A stretch of 64,000 nucleotides of DNA from positions 1 through 64,000 of the forward strand of contig JADMJV010000021.1 in the NCBI GenBank assembly GCA_018780265.1. Direction: 5' to 3'. The stretch is from a bacterium. Lineage in GTDB: Bacteria; Vulcanimicrobiota; Xenobia; Xenobiales; JADMJV01. Of the stretch, positions 45,424-54,744 are shown piece by piece; within the stretch, counting starts at the first letter, position 1, and each line of letters starts with the position of its first letter. The translations under genes were made by a program, and so were the position numbers. Under the pieces are notes generated by a model. That model saw nothing but the letters and a program-made list of their open reading frames with translations, had not been told where the DNA came from and ran no database searches.

Positions 45424-45990
45424 CTACGGTTGCCTCTTCTTGCGTTGGGAAAAGAGCGCCAGGGTTTCCGGCTTATTCTGGCGACGATTGACCACCCGCG
45501 CCAGCACGAAAAGAAAGTCACTCAGACGATTCAGATAAATAATGGCCTGCCCATTCACTTCCTCTTGTTCGGCCAGGGCTACCACCGCCCGTTCGGCCCG
45601 CCGGGCTACCGTGCGGGCCAGATGCAGAGTGGCTCCGGCGCTGCCTCCGCCCGGCAAAACAAACTCCTCCAGGGGGGGGAGTTCGTCCATCAATCCCTCC
45701 ATGGACCGTTCCAAGTCGTCCACGTGGGTCGAACTGACGCGCGGCCCCTGCACTTTCATGGGAGCCGCCAGATCGGCGCCAACGGTAAACAACTGATGTT
45801 GAATATTCTCCAAAATCAGGCAGATCTGGTCGTCCTCCAGCCAGCCCACGGCCAACCCCAAGCACGAGTTCAACTCGTCCACTTCTCCGTAGCTATTGAC
45901 TCGCAGGGCGCTCTTGCTCACCCGGTCGCCGCCGATCAAAGCGGTTTTTCCATCATCCCCGGTGCGGGTTACCACCCGATTGATTCTCAT
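45424..45990 (-). CDS. PduO-type ATP:cob(I)alamin adenosyltransferase.
   Basis: 'MRINRVVTRTGDDGKTALIGGDRVSKSALRVNSYGEVDELNS' is a canonical PduO/MMAB N-terminus. Confidence 0.8.
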   Translation of the reverse strand: MRINRVVTRTGDDGKTALIGGDRVSKSALRVNSYGEVDELNSCLGLAVGWLEDDQICLILENIQHQLFTVGADLAAPMKVQGPRVSSTHVDDLERSMEGLMDELPPLEEFVLPGGGSAGATLHLARTVARRAERAVVALAEQEEVNGQAIIYLNRLSDFLFVLARVVNRRQNKPETLALFSQRKKRQP

Positions 45991-46016
45991 ACTGCCATCC
46001 CAACCTGAACGGATCT

Positions 46017-47762
46017 TTGCTGTGCATTGCTAATATTGCCCGGCAGGGTTCCCCCCAGGCATGTGCCAACTATTCCAACGTGTCGCAGTCTACCCTCTCG
46101 GCCGGCGCCGTATTTCACGAGCATTACCAAATTATCCGCGCAATTCGCAGCGGCGGTATGGGTGAAGTTTACCGCGCTATCGACAAGCGAACGGGTCTGG
46201 CCGTGGCCATCAAACGCATGCTGGTGGAGGCCTACGGAGATGGTGCCGACGAGAGCGCCCTTTACCAGGCCGCTCGCTTTGAAGAAGAGTGCAAATTGCT
46301 GCAAAATTTGCGCGTCCCCGGAGTTCCCACCTTCGTCGATTCCTTTTTAGACGGCGACCGCCGCGTCATCGTCATGGAGTTTATCGAAGGGGTCGATCTG
46401 GAAAAGCAGGTCATGGACCAGATCGGCCTGGCTGGCGCCGACCTGCCCGCCCTTCAAGCCGTGGAATATACCATTCAAGTGGCTAAGATTTTGGAGTACC
46501 TCCACGCCCACCGCCCTCGACCCATCATTCATCGCGACGTAAAACCCGCCAATATCATTGTGCGACACCAGGACAATGCCATCTACCTGGTCGACTTCGG
46601 GTTGGCCCGCGAGGTGGGCGGCAGCGCCTCCACCAAAACGGCCGTAGGCACGGTGGGTTACGCTCCCCTGGAGCAATATCGGGGCCGGCCCACCACCCGC
46701 ACCGACCAGTATTCGCTGGGCGTGACCCTGCACTTTATGTTGTCCGGTCAGCAGCCATTGCCTCTCCAGATCGAGCCACTGGACAAAATCAAGAAAGACC
46801 TGCCCCACGAGTTGTGCTGGGTGGTGCGCAAAGCCACCCAGCAGGAGCAAGAAGATCGCTTTGATTCGGTCTACGATTTCCGGCGCGAACTGGAAAAACT
46901 TGTGCCAGCCCTACAGCAGCATCAAAAGAACCAGGAGTTGCAGGACCAGGCAAAAGATCGCATTAGCTTGATGGGTCCCACCGAGGAGCTGACCCAGGAG
47001 GAGCGCCCCACCCAGCGCGTCAAGATCGAAGGCATTCATAAAGAGGCCGAAGACCCCATGAAGGATTTTGGCCTCTACCATCCCCTCCAAAACACCATCT
47101 CTTTGCAGTCCGATTTCCAACGTCAGGCCATGGCGGCCGAAAATCAGCAGCGCAAAGGCTCCGTTGATCTGGACCGACACGATCCGGGAAAAACCCACAA
47201 GATGATCTTGACTGTCAGTATCATTCTGTTGGTGGCCGGAATTTGCGCCCTCTACTTCCTAAATGGCCAACAGCAGCGGCAGATCGCAACCAGCGTGGCG
47301 GGTCCCAGGTATAAGGTCGTGGAAGCCCACGGATTTTATCGCAGCAGCGGTAAAGTGGGCCTGAATCGTGAAAAAATGGGGACCTTGGAGTATCTGCTCA
47401 GTTTTCCCCATCCGGCCAACGACGGATATCTGGCCACATTGCCCAAAGCGACTCGTCGGCTAACCTTTAGCAACCTGCCCGAGAATAATCCGGTGCCCTT
47501 TTTTGTGGCCACCCTGGACGAGCATGGTATTGTGGTCACCTCTAAGTGGCTCCAGGCCGACAAAGGGGGGTGGCGCGAGGCTCCCACTGCTTACAGGAAG
47601 GTTCACGTGGATTTTAACTCGCCCCTCGCGGCTCCGCCCTTTGGTGCGCAGGTCAAGACGACAGCCGCCTTGGACTGTACTAAAGCATCCTATGCGGTCA
47701 TCTTCCTGCTGCCTCAGCCTGCGCCGGAAAGCCTGATTTTCTACGAAGTTGGCTCCCTGTAA
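46017..47762 (+). CDS. Ser/Thr protein kinase with a C-terminal TM and extracellular region.
   Basis: 'GGMGEVYRA', 'AIKRM', 'HRDVKPANII', 'DFGLARE', 'GTVGYAPLEQ'. TM 'ILTVSIILLVAGICALYFL'. Confidence 0.8.
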   Translation: MLCIANIARQGSPQACANYSNVSQSTLSAGAVFHEHYQIIRAIRSGGMGEVYRAIDKRTGLAVAIKRMLVEAYGDGADESALYQAARFEEECKLLQNLRVPGVPTFVDSFLDGDRRVIVMEFIEGVDLEKQVMDQIGLAGADLPALQAVEYTIQVAKILEYLHAHRPRPIIHRDVKPANIIVRHQDNAIYLVDFGLAREVGGSASTKTAVGTVGYAPLEQYRGRPTTRTDQYSLGVTLHFMLSGQQPLPLQIEPLDKIKKDLPHELCWVVRKATQQEQEDRFDSVYDFRRELEKLVPALQQHQKNQELQDQAKDRISLMGPTEELTQEERPTQRVKIEGIHKEAEDPMKDFGLYHPLQNTISLQSDFQRQAMAAENQQRKGSVDLDRHDPGKTHKMILTVSIILLVAGICALYFLNGQQQRQIATSVAGPRYKVVEAHGFYRSSGKVGLNREKMGTLEYLLSFPHPANDGYLATLPKATRRLTFSNLPENNPVPFFVATLDEHGIVVTSKWLQADKGGWREAPTAYRKVHVDFNSPLAAPPFGAQVKTTAALDCTKASYAVIFLLPQPAPESLIFYEVGSL

Positions 47763-47764
47763 TT

Positions 47765-48205
47765 TTGGTGGCAGGGGTCGCAGGCGTTTCGACAAATGAA
47801 CCAGTCGTGGATCTAGACGCGGAAATGAAGCTTCCAGCTCTCCGGCAAACCGGAGCGCTGGCCGAGTACACCGAGTCGCCGGGCTCGGAGTTGATGGGGT
47901 TTCTGGCCTTTTTGCGCTCGGAACTGACCAAAGCCATTGAGATTTTGCGCGAAGAAACCGCAGAATTGCTGGATGACGGCGATGCTTTCGAGCGCATTCA
48001 AACCCTCAACCGGCTTCGTCAGCGCAAAAACCGATTGGAAGCCCACCTCATCAAAGAAATCCGTGAAGTTCGCGAATTGGCCCGGTCTCTTATGGGTACT
48101 TCCGACAAGGCCGTCGTAGCTACCATTAATAACGAGTGTAAGTCGGTCATCGAGTCGATCGGCGGGGGCCTGCGCGAGTTGATTCAGGAGTTCGGCGTAG
48201 ACTGA
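47765..48205 (+). CDS. Hypothetical protein immediately downstream of the kinase.
   Basis: Begins 3 nt after the kinase stop. Helical sequence, no motif recognised. Confidence 0.3.
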   Translation: MVAGVAGVSTNEPVVDLDAEMKLPALRQTGALAEYTESPGSELMGFLAFLRSELTKAIEILREETAELLDDGDAFERIQTLNRLRQRKNRLEAHLIKEIREVRELARSLMGTSDKAVVATINNECKSVIESIGGGLRELIQEFGVD

Positions 48206-49383
48206 AGCTGCTGGGCCTTTTGCTGGGCCTGGTTCATCAACTCCTCAGCCGCATGCAAACCCTCCAACTCCCGTTGACAGGCCCGCTGGTCCTGGTTGCC
48301 CAGGGCCTCCTTCAAAGCCAGCAGGGCCGTTTCAGTGGCGCAGGCTCCAGCCGTCATCATTTCTTTCAGTTCCTGATCTAAAGCCGCGTCTTTTTCCATC
48401 TGACGGCGGCCCTGGCTCAGTCGCTGGCGAAACTGGTCGAGCGCCGATTCGCAGCGGGACGTTTCGACTTCTCCCCGCAACCACTGTTCTAGCTGGCCTT
48501 CGACTTCGACAAAGCTTTGAAAACGCGGTTGGGCCTCCGGAGAGGGTGGGGCAGGCAGCGCGGAGACGGCGGGTAGGGGCAGGCGCGCCGAGCACGACCC
48601 GCATTGGGGACGGTCTCCGGGCTGCTGCTGCCCGCAACGGGGGCAGATCACCGGTGGGTAGAGCGATTGCATCAGGTTTTGATGGGCCACCGACATCGCT
48701 TCTACCCCTTTGAGCAGGTCTTCCAGTCGCTCCTCAATCTCCCAGCTATGTTGCATCCGCAGACTTTGCAAGGCGCGCTGCAGATTGCGACTGAAACTTG
48801 CCAACTGCACCGTGCACAGGTCCAGGGACTCGGCGACCGCGTCGTTTTCAGGTTGAACTTTGCCCAAGGCCTGCTCCAGTTGGCGGCACGCCTCCAGGCT
48901 TTTTTCCAGAACCAGCGAGGCTTTTTGATGAGAGATGGCACCGTCCAGTGTTTGGCGAAGGAGAAACTTCAGTTCGCCGGTCAGTCCCGGTCCGTAGCCC
49001 TGCTGCCACACCTCTTCCTGGGCTCGCAACTGGGCGCCCAGGGCCTGCAATTGGGTGATGGCCTGATGGACGCGCTGACAGCCCGTCTCCAGGTCTTCTT
49101 TGCGGCCTACTTCTAAAAAACTCTCCAGGCGACGGCCTCCACCACGGAATCTCTCAAACTCCTGATCAAACTGACTCTGGAGTTGGACCACCAAAGGCGT
49201 ACGGGGATAGAAGCGCAAGGAGTCACGGAATTGCTTTTCCAGGGCACGCCGAAAAGACTGTAGCTCGGCTACATGACGGGAAAACTGCAGACTCTCTTTC
49301 AGGTCGGGCTGACTGATCAGGGTTTGGGCAACCCTGAGCAATGCATCCACACCCGGCGAGCCGGTAGAATCCAGATCGATCAT
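48184..49383 (-). CDS. Coiled-coil hypothetical protein with a CPxCG zinc-ribbon.
   Basis: Contains 'ICPRCGQQQPGDRPQCGSCSA'. It lies 12 nt downstream of the Gly-rich small gene on the same strand. Confidence 0.4.
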   Translation of the reverse strand: MIDLDSTGSPGVDALLRVAQTLISQPDLKESLQFSRHVAELQSFRRALEKQFRDSLRFYPRTPLVVQLQSQFDQEFERFRGGGRRLESFLEVGRKEDLETGCQRVHQAITQLQALGAQLRAQEEVWQQGYGPGLTGELKFLLRQTLDGAISHQKASLVLEKSLEACRQLEQALGKVQPENDAVAESLDLCTVQLASFSRNLQRALQSLRMQHSWEIEERLEDLLKGVEAMSVAHQNLMQSLYPPVICPRCGQQQPGDRPQCGSCSARLPLPAVSALPAPPSPEAQPRFQSFVEVEGQLEQWLRGEVETSRCESALDQFRQRLSQGRRQMEKDAALDQELKEMMTAGACATETALLALKEALGNQDQRACQRELEGLHAAEELMNQAQQKAQQLQSTPNS

Positions 49384-49395
49384 AGTAGGGCTAAC

Positions 49396-49734
49396 TTAGA
49401 AGCACCAGGAGTTGTAACCGCCCCCGCCCAGGCTTGAACCCAAGCCCCAGCCAATGAACGACCCGATGGCGTTGCCAATCATGGCGCCGGGCGCCGCCCC
49501 CCAGAAACCGCCCAACCCAAAACCAGCCAGGCCCCCTAGCACGGTGCCAATGCCACTGCCCACCATACTGCCGGTGTAGCCGCCCATATAAGAGCCCATC
49601 GGGTTGTAGTAGCCGTAGCCCCCACACATATTGTTCATGTAGCCCATGCCGTAGGAGGGACAACAGCTCATCATGGGGCTGTAGCCCCAACTGTTACCGA
49701 TTCCCAGGCCACAACCATAACCACCTAGATACAT
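49396..49734 (-). CDS. Gly/Tyr/Met/Cys-rich small protein (112 aa) with a C-terminal glycine-zipper region.
   Basis: AAGGAG Shine-Dalgarno 7 nt before the ATG at 49734. The longer annotated ORF starts with unlikely sequence. 'MYLGGYGCGLGIGNSWGYSPMMSCCPSYGMGYMNNMCGGYGYYNPMGSYMGGY...GSGIGTVLGGLAGFGLGGFWGAAPGAMIGNAIGSFIGWGLGSSLGGGGYNSWCF'. Confidence 0.55.
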   Translation of the reverse strand: MYLGGYGCGLGIGNSWGYSPMMSCCPSYGMGYMNNMCGGYGYYNPMGSYMGGYTGSMVGSGIGTVLGGLAGFGLGGFWGAAPGAMIGNAIGSFIGWGLGSSLGGGGYNSWCF

Positions 49735-49814
49735 GGAATCACTCCTTGACTCTATTACCCGTTTACTATCCCACAGCTGGAGGCGAGGGGAAAGGCCTGA
49801 ATGTTTCCAGAATG

Positions 49815-50267
49815 TTACAGTGACGAATCCAACTCCATGATCCAACCCTCGGTAGGGTCTTTGAACCAATAGAGCATCATCTCTGGTTCTTTGATCTGAT
49901 CGCTATTCAGAATCTTCAGTACGGTCTTGATCTTCACGCGACCGCGCCGGCCGCTACTGTCGATGTCGGTTTTCAGGATCTCGTAGCGCATAATGTCGAG
50001 CTGTTCTGGCTTGACGGCAAACCACTGCTGGATTTTTTTAGGAATATTGGCCTTTTTGCGGTCCTCGGTCGAGTGGTAACTGGCGGCGTGCTGAAAGTCC
50101 TTGAAGCGCAGGTCCTCCATAAACTTCAGGGATTGCTGGGACAGGTGGTTACGGTCGGCGAGCGACCCCATCCCCTGCCCTTCGCCTCCCGAGCTGCGGT
50201 CTTTCAAAACCAGTAAAGTGAATGCAAGTGCGCCCAGCAGCAGAAATACCAGCAGGATTTTTTTCAT
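49815..50267 (-). CDS. N-terminally membrane-anchored/secreted hypothetical protein.
   Basis: Starts 'MKKILLVFLLLGALAFTLLVL'. Its start lies 1 nt after the ABC-2 permease stop. Confidence 0.4.
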   Translation of the reverse strand: MKKILLVFLLLGALAFTLLVLKDRSSGGEGQGMGSLADRNHLSQQSLKFMEDLRFKDFQHAASYHSTEDRKKANIPKKIQQWFAVKPEQLDIMRYEILKTDIDSSGRRGRVKIKTVLKILNSDQIKEPEMMLYWFKDPTEGWIMELDSSL

Positions 50268-50268
50268 G

Positions 50269-51012
50269 TCAGCAACTCGCCCGCCCGGCCCGCAGCCGCA
50301 GTAGAAAGTAGCTACCGGCCAGCAAAACCAGCGACAGCAACGAAACCATACTGGCCGATTGAAGCAAGGTGATGTAGGAGTAATCCACTTTGGTTACCTC
50401 TTTGAGTGCCTGGTAGGTCCAGGAAATAAACGAGAAGTCTTCGAGCCAGAGTACCAGGTTGCTGGCATGCTCGTGGGACAGCACCATCTCGGAAAAGACC
50501 ATCTGAGGGATCAGCACCAACACCACAGTGCCAACCGCCTTGTCCGAATTGGACATCAGGCACGAAATCAGCAATCCCAGACAGATGCCGCTGAGCGATG
50601 CCAGCCACAGGTAGAGAAAGTGCAGCGCCACAGGCCCGCCCAGGGGCACATAGAGATTGACCAGGTAGGCCAGGCAAAGGCATTGCACAAAGCTCAACAG
50701 TCCCAGCACCAGGCACTTGGATAGAAGATAGGGGCCTACCTGAACTCCCAGTCGGGCCTCGCGATCGAAGATCGCCTCCTCCTTCACCACCTCGCGACAG
50801 GCATTGGACGTGCCAAACCAGAGGGCTGAGAAGGCCAGCAAGTAGTAAAGAGAATTGGTGGCGGCATCCACATCGCGCCAGTTAAGCACCGCGAACAGAG
50901 CGATGGCCGGCGCCTGGATGAGCAGCAAAAAGGTGTTGCCGCGGTCAGCCAGGACGATTTCCAGGTAACGCTCACAGAGCACGTTGAGCTGTTCCCCACG
51001 GGTAGCTGCCAT
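50269..51012 (-). CDS. ABC-2 type transporter permease.
   Basis: Six predicted TM helices, ~247 aa, directly downstream of the ABC ATPase. Confidence 0.6.
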   Translation of the reverse strand: MAATRGEQLNVLCERYLEIVLADRGNTFLLLIQAPAIALFAVLNWRDVDAATNSLYYLLAFSALWFGTSNACREVVKEEAIFDREARLGVQVGPYLLSKCLVLGLLSFVQCLCLAYLVNLYVPLGGPVALHFLYLWLASLSGICLGLLISCLMSNSDKAVGTVVLVLIPQMVFSEMVLSHEHASNLVLWLEDFSFISWTYQALKEVTKVDYSYITLLQSASMVSLLSLVLLAGSYFLLRLRAGRASC

Positions 51013-51031
51013 CAGGGTTTCATTTCGACTT

Positions 51032-51832
51032 TCAGGAAGCTCGGCCTGCTACATAAGCTGCGTGCAGTGGGCTGGCCGCAAATCTCTGCATGCCCTGAAG
51101 GGGATCCTGTTGGGCCAGTGACTTATAGATCTGCATCAAAGTGGGCACTCCAAAGTAGGCTGCCGCCTGACCGGGTGGACCCAGGTAGATCAGGTGACCC
51201 TTTTGCAGCACCACCACCAGGTCCAGGGACTCCACGCTTTGCATCACGTGGGTGCTCATCACCAGCGTGCGCCCTCCCTGGCACAGACCTCGACAACTCA
51301 GCATAAAACTGTCTTCCAAAGCGGGGTCGAGTCCAGCCGTAGGTTCGTCAAGAAAGAGCACGGGAGGGTCCCCCATCAATTCAACGGCGATGCTGACCCG
51401 CTTACGCTGCCCGCCAGAGAGCCGATCGGTGCGCAGCGTACGACGCTCGCCCAACTCCAGCAAACCGATCACCTGATCCACCCGATTTGTCAGTTCGGTC
51501 CCCTTCAATCCCAGCAACCGTCCCGTATAATTCAGGGCGCGTTCCACTTTCAGGCTGCCATGGACGACATCGTCTTGGGGCACAAATCCCAGGCGGCGAC
51601 GTTCCTCGGTGCTGAGATCGGGAAAGGGTCTGCCGTTAAAGCTGACCTGCCCGCTCGAGGGGGCCTGCAGCCCGGCCAGGCAACGCAGCAAGGTTGACTT
51701 GCCACACCCGCTAGGTCCCAGCACCCCCACAAACTCGCCGGCCAGAAAGGACAGGTTGAGGGGTTGCAACAGGACCGTTCGGCCCACTTTGTAGCTCAAG
51801 CCTTGAGCGCTGATCGCAGCGGCCGTTCCCAT
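51032..51832 (-). CDS. ABC transporter ATP-binding protein.
   Basis: Walker A 'GPSGCGKST', signature 'LSGGQRKRVSIA', Walker B 'LFLDEPT'. Start chosen at M (51832) about 10 aa before the NBD. The ORF to 52093 would overlap the divergent gene's promoter region. Confidence 0.8.
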   Translation of the reverse strand: MGTAAAISAQGLSYKVGRTVLLQPLNLSFLAGEFVGVLGPSGCGKSTLLRCLAGLQAPSSGQVSFNGRPFPDLSTEERRRLGFVPQDDVVHGSLKVERALNYTGRLLGLKGTELTNRVDQVIGLLELGERRTLRTDRLSGGQRKRVSIAVELMGDPPVLFLDEPTAGLDPALEDSFMLSCRGLCQGGRTLVMSTHVMQSVESLDLVVVLQKGHLIYLGPPGQAAAYFGVPTLMQIYKSLAQQDPLQGMQRFAASPLHAAYVAGRAS

Positions 51833-51893
51833 AGGCCACAGTCCTTCTCTGCTGGCGGAGGGTAAGCCTCCGGGTAGAGAGAACACCCCGCCT

Positions 51894-52559
51894 ATGAAAA
51901 AACCACTGGGCACAGCCCTTTTGTTAGCCGTGCTGGCCGGCACCGCCCAGGCAGGGGACATCACCGGCACAATCACCCTCGGTTCGGCACCCGGCGCTCG
52001 CAAGCAGGGCCAAACTCGCGCCAAGTATGATGACAAAGACCATTCTGGCGACCAGGTCCCTAACTCGGAAAGCGAAGTCGAGAATGTGGTCATCTACCTG
52101 GAAGGCAAGGGGCTAAAATGCACCCCGGTGACCAAGATGGGCTCGGGCAACACCTTTGACCAGAAAAACAAAGAGTTTCTCCCCCACGTGTTGCCCATTG
52201 CTAAGGGCTCGAAAGTATTTTTCAAAAACAAAGATCCCTTTCCCCATCACGTTTATTCCGTATCCAATCCCGGCAATTTCGAGATTATGAAGCATGGCAG
52301 CACGGTGCGCAGCCACGATTTTGACGGCAGCGGCGAGGTTGAAATCTTCTGCGGAATCCACACCAAAATGAACGCCTATCTGCTGGTGGTCGATACTGAC
52401 TACTTTTGCAAACCCGGAGCCGACGGAAAGTATCGCCTGGGGGCGGTGCCTGCCGGCGACTATGCCCTGATGGTCTGGCACCCCCGGTTGCCCAAGCCGG
52501 AAAAACGTATGATTACCGTGCCGGCCTCGGGTCCCCTCAAATTGGACCTCAAACTCTAG
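51894..52559 (+). CDS. Secreted cupredoxin-like (type-1 copper site-like) protein.
   Basis: Signal peptide 'MKKPLGTALLLAVLAGTAQA'. 'FPHHVY' and 'FCGIHTKM' suggest His...Cys-x2-His-x2-Met ligands. Confidence 0.4.
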   Translation: MKKPLGTALLLAVLAGTAQAGDITGTITLGSAPGARKQGQTRAKYDDKDHSGDQVPNSESEVENVVIYLEGKGLKCTPVTKMGSGNTFDQKNKEFLPHVLPIAKGSKVFFKNKDPFPHHVYSVSNPGNFEIMKHGSTVRSHDFDGSGEVEIFCGIHTKMNAYLLVVDTDYFCKPGADGKYRLGAVPAGDYALMVWHPRLPKPEKRMITVPASGPLKLDLKL

Positions 52560-52562
52560 CCC

Positions 52563-54422
52563 ATGCGGCTGCGCACCTGGCTGCTGTTGCTCTTTGGGTC
52601 TTTGCTGGTGTGCACCGGCATCGCTCTGAGTAGCCTTGCTCAATATCAGGCTCGCGTCAATCTGCGCCTTTCGGTTCAGCAGCAACTCGAGAAGGGGGCT
52701 CGCGTCACCTACGAGCGCAACGACCTCACCACCTTGAGAGTGCTTGGCTATCGCATTACCGACAGCCCCTCCTGGCACGAATACCGGGCTGTTTTTGTGA
52801 CCCTCAACGGTCCTTACCAAACATTGTTGGAAGGGTCGACCCCGGACAAATTGCTCCAGCAACTGGGCACGGCCAGCGTGGACGACGGCAAGCCCTGGAC
52901 CTCGTCCGAATTCAACCCCGAAAGCAAGGGGCGCAATGCCGATTACTACGCCTGTTGGCAGGCATTGCAGGGATTGATGCGAGACACCGGTGTGACTCTG
53001 TTCGAGGAATCCGAAGGCTCGCTGCAGTTGCTGATTCTCACCGATAAGGTGGGCACGCCCTTTCTGGAGATGCACACCAGCCCGCAGGGGACAAATCCCT
53101 CCGCCGAGGACAGTTGGGCCGCTCCTCAGCTGGGCAACGACCTGCGTGACCTGCTCAAGAAGAACTCGTCAGCCGCCGAGGAGGGCTATCTGCGTCACAG
53201 CGACGGCATGGTCTATCTGGTGCGCGTTCAACCTTTTTCTTCGGGCGGCCAGTTGGTGTTAGGCAGGCGCCTCGACCAGCGCTTCGAGGAACGTCTCGAA
53301 CGCCAGTCGCCGGGGGGGGAATTTCGGGTCTCCGACGCCTCCAGCGCGGCCGATTTGAAAGGCCAGCCGTTGCGCAATCCGCCCTACCTGGACCATTTCG
53401 AACCTCTACCTCAGATCGGAAAGCCGTCCCAGACCGTCTCCCATCTCTGGGAGTTTCGCTCACTCAATTCGATCGAGGCCTATCTGCGCAAGTTGACTCA
53501 AGGCATTGCCAGTTTGGGACTGGGCGCGCTGGCGGTGGGTCTGTTGGGCATCTCCCTGGCCACCCGCTCGGTCTCCACCCAGATCGGCCGCCTTTCGAGG
53601 CGAATGAATGAGGTGGGCAGCGGTACTCTGGGCGAGGATCTGCCTCCAGCCGGGCCCCTCGAGGTGCGCCAGGCCACCGAATCTTTCAATCAGATGGTGC
53701 ATCAATTGCGCCAAAAAGAGATGTTGGCCAAGATGGTGCCCAAGCAGGCCCGCGAGGCCATTGAGCAGGATCAAACTCAAGGCGGCAGGGTGGTGGCGCG
53801 GCGCATTCGCACCACCATTTTATTCTCCGATATTCGCGGCTTTACCAACCTCTCCGAGCGCTTGCCTCCCACCGAGGTCATGAAGTTGCTGGACATCTAT
53901 CTGTCCAAGATGACCACCATTATCGAAGACCATGGCGGGGACGTCAACGAATACATCGGCGACGCCATTCTGGCCGACTTCGAAGACAAGCCCGAGGCGC
54001 CCGGAGCCGAGCGGGCTGTGCGCGCTTGCTGGCAGATGCTGCAAGCCCTGGAAGATTTGCGCAAACAAGGGCTGCACCCCGAGCTACAAACACTGCGTCA
54101 GGGCTTGGGTTTGCACACCGGCGAACTGGTCAAAGGCGAGGTAGGCGCTGCTCATCGTTCCAAGTTCGCCCTCATCGGCGACACCGTCAATCTGGCCGCC
54201 CGCATTCAAGACCGTTCCCGCGACGGCAAGCACACGGGCATTTTGCTCAGCCAGGAATCGCGCCAGGATGTGTCGACTTTCGAGGTCGCACTGTTCGGCG
54301 ATGAGTCGTTTAAGGGGAAGACGGGTCTGATCCGCGTCTGGGAAATTGTCCGCCCTTGTTGCGACGCTCCAGAAACAGGCGCACCAGGCGGCGCCGATAA
54401 GGCCCCCACTGGGCCGGGCTAA
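52563..54422 (+). CDS. Membrane-bound class III adenylate/guanylate cyclase with a periplasmic sensor and HAMP domain.
   Basis: 'TILFSDIRGFTNLSE...NEYIGDAILADF...GLHTGELVKGEVGA...FALIGDTVNLAARIQ' is a CHD signature. An N-terminal TM, the periplasmic domain and a second TM precede it. Confidence 0.8.
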   Translation: MRLRTWLLLLFGSLLVCTGIALSSLAQYQARVNLRLSVQQQLEKGARVTYERNDLTTLRVLGYRITDSPSWHEYRAVFVTLNGPYQTLLEGSTPDKLLQQLGTASVDDGKPWTSSEFNPESKGRNADYYACWQALQGLMRDTGVTLFEESEGSLQLLILTDKVGTPFLEMHTSPQGTNPSAEDSWAAPQLGNDLRDLLKKNSSAAEEGYLRHSDGMVYLVRVQPFSSGGQLVLGRRLDQRFEERLERQSPGGEFRVSDASSAADLKGQPLRNPPYLDHFEPLPQIGKPSQTVSHLWEFRSLNSIEAYLRKLTQGIASLGLGALAVGLLGISLATRSVSTQIGRLSRRMNEVGSGTLGEDLPPAGPLEVRQATESFNQMVHQLRQKEMLAKMVPKQAREAIEQDQTQGGRVVARRIRTTILFSDIRGFTNLSERLPPTEVMKLLDIYLSKMTTIIEDHGGDVNEYIGDAILADFEDKPEAPGAERAVRACWQMLQALEDLRKQGLHPELQTLRQGLGLHTGELVKGEVGAAHRSKFALIGDTVNLAARIQDRSRDGKHTGILLSQESRQDVSTFEVALFGDESFKGKTGLIRVWEIVRPCCDAPETGAPGGADKAPTGPG

Positions 54423-54744
54423 GCTGCTCTTTGCATTCGAAAATCTGGTCCACGCTCAGACTTTGGCGCTCTTTTTCTAGCTCCAAAATTTCGCCGAGCT
54501 TGCTTTTCACGGCTTCTTTCTCGGTGTTGTCCTGTTGCAGCAGTTGGGCCAACTCCACTCGGCGGGCTTCCAGCTTGATCTGAACATCTTGCACTCGCCC
54601 CTGAAAACGGCTCTGGATGGTGCGCAAAGCGCGCCTTTGTTTGGGACTCAAGTCCAGGGCCGGTTCGTCCTCGGGTTGGGCCCACAGGGGCGTCAGCCAG
54701 AAGCCCGCCAGCATCAGCCCGATCACGCCACGACGCCACATCAA
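54310..54744 (-). CDS. Periplasmic LTXXQ-motif (Spy/CpxP-like) stress protein.
   Basis: Signal peptide, then 'LSPKQRRAL' and 'LSPAQW' LTxxQ-like motifs. Last gene of the ECF sigma operon. Confidence 0.5.
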   Translation of the reverse strand: MMWRRGVIGLMLAGFWLTPLWAQPEDEPALDLSPKQRRALRTIQSRFQGRVQDVQIKLEARRVELAQLLQQDNTEKEAVKSKLGEILELEKERQSLSVDQIFECKEQLSPAQWGPYRRRLVRLFLERRNKGGQFPRRGSDPSSP

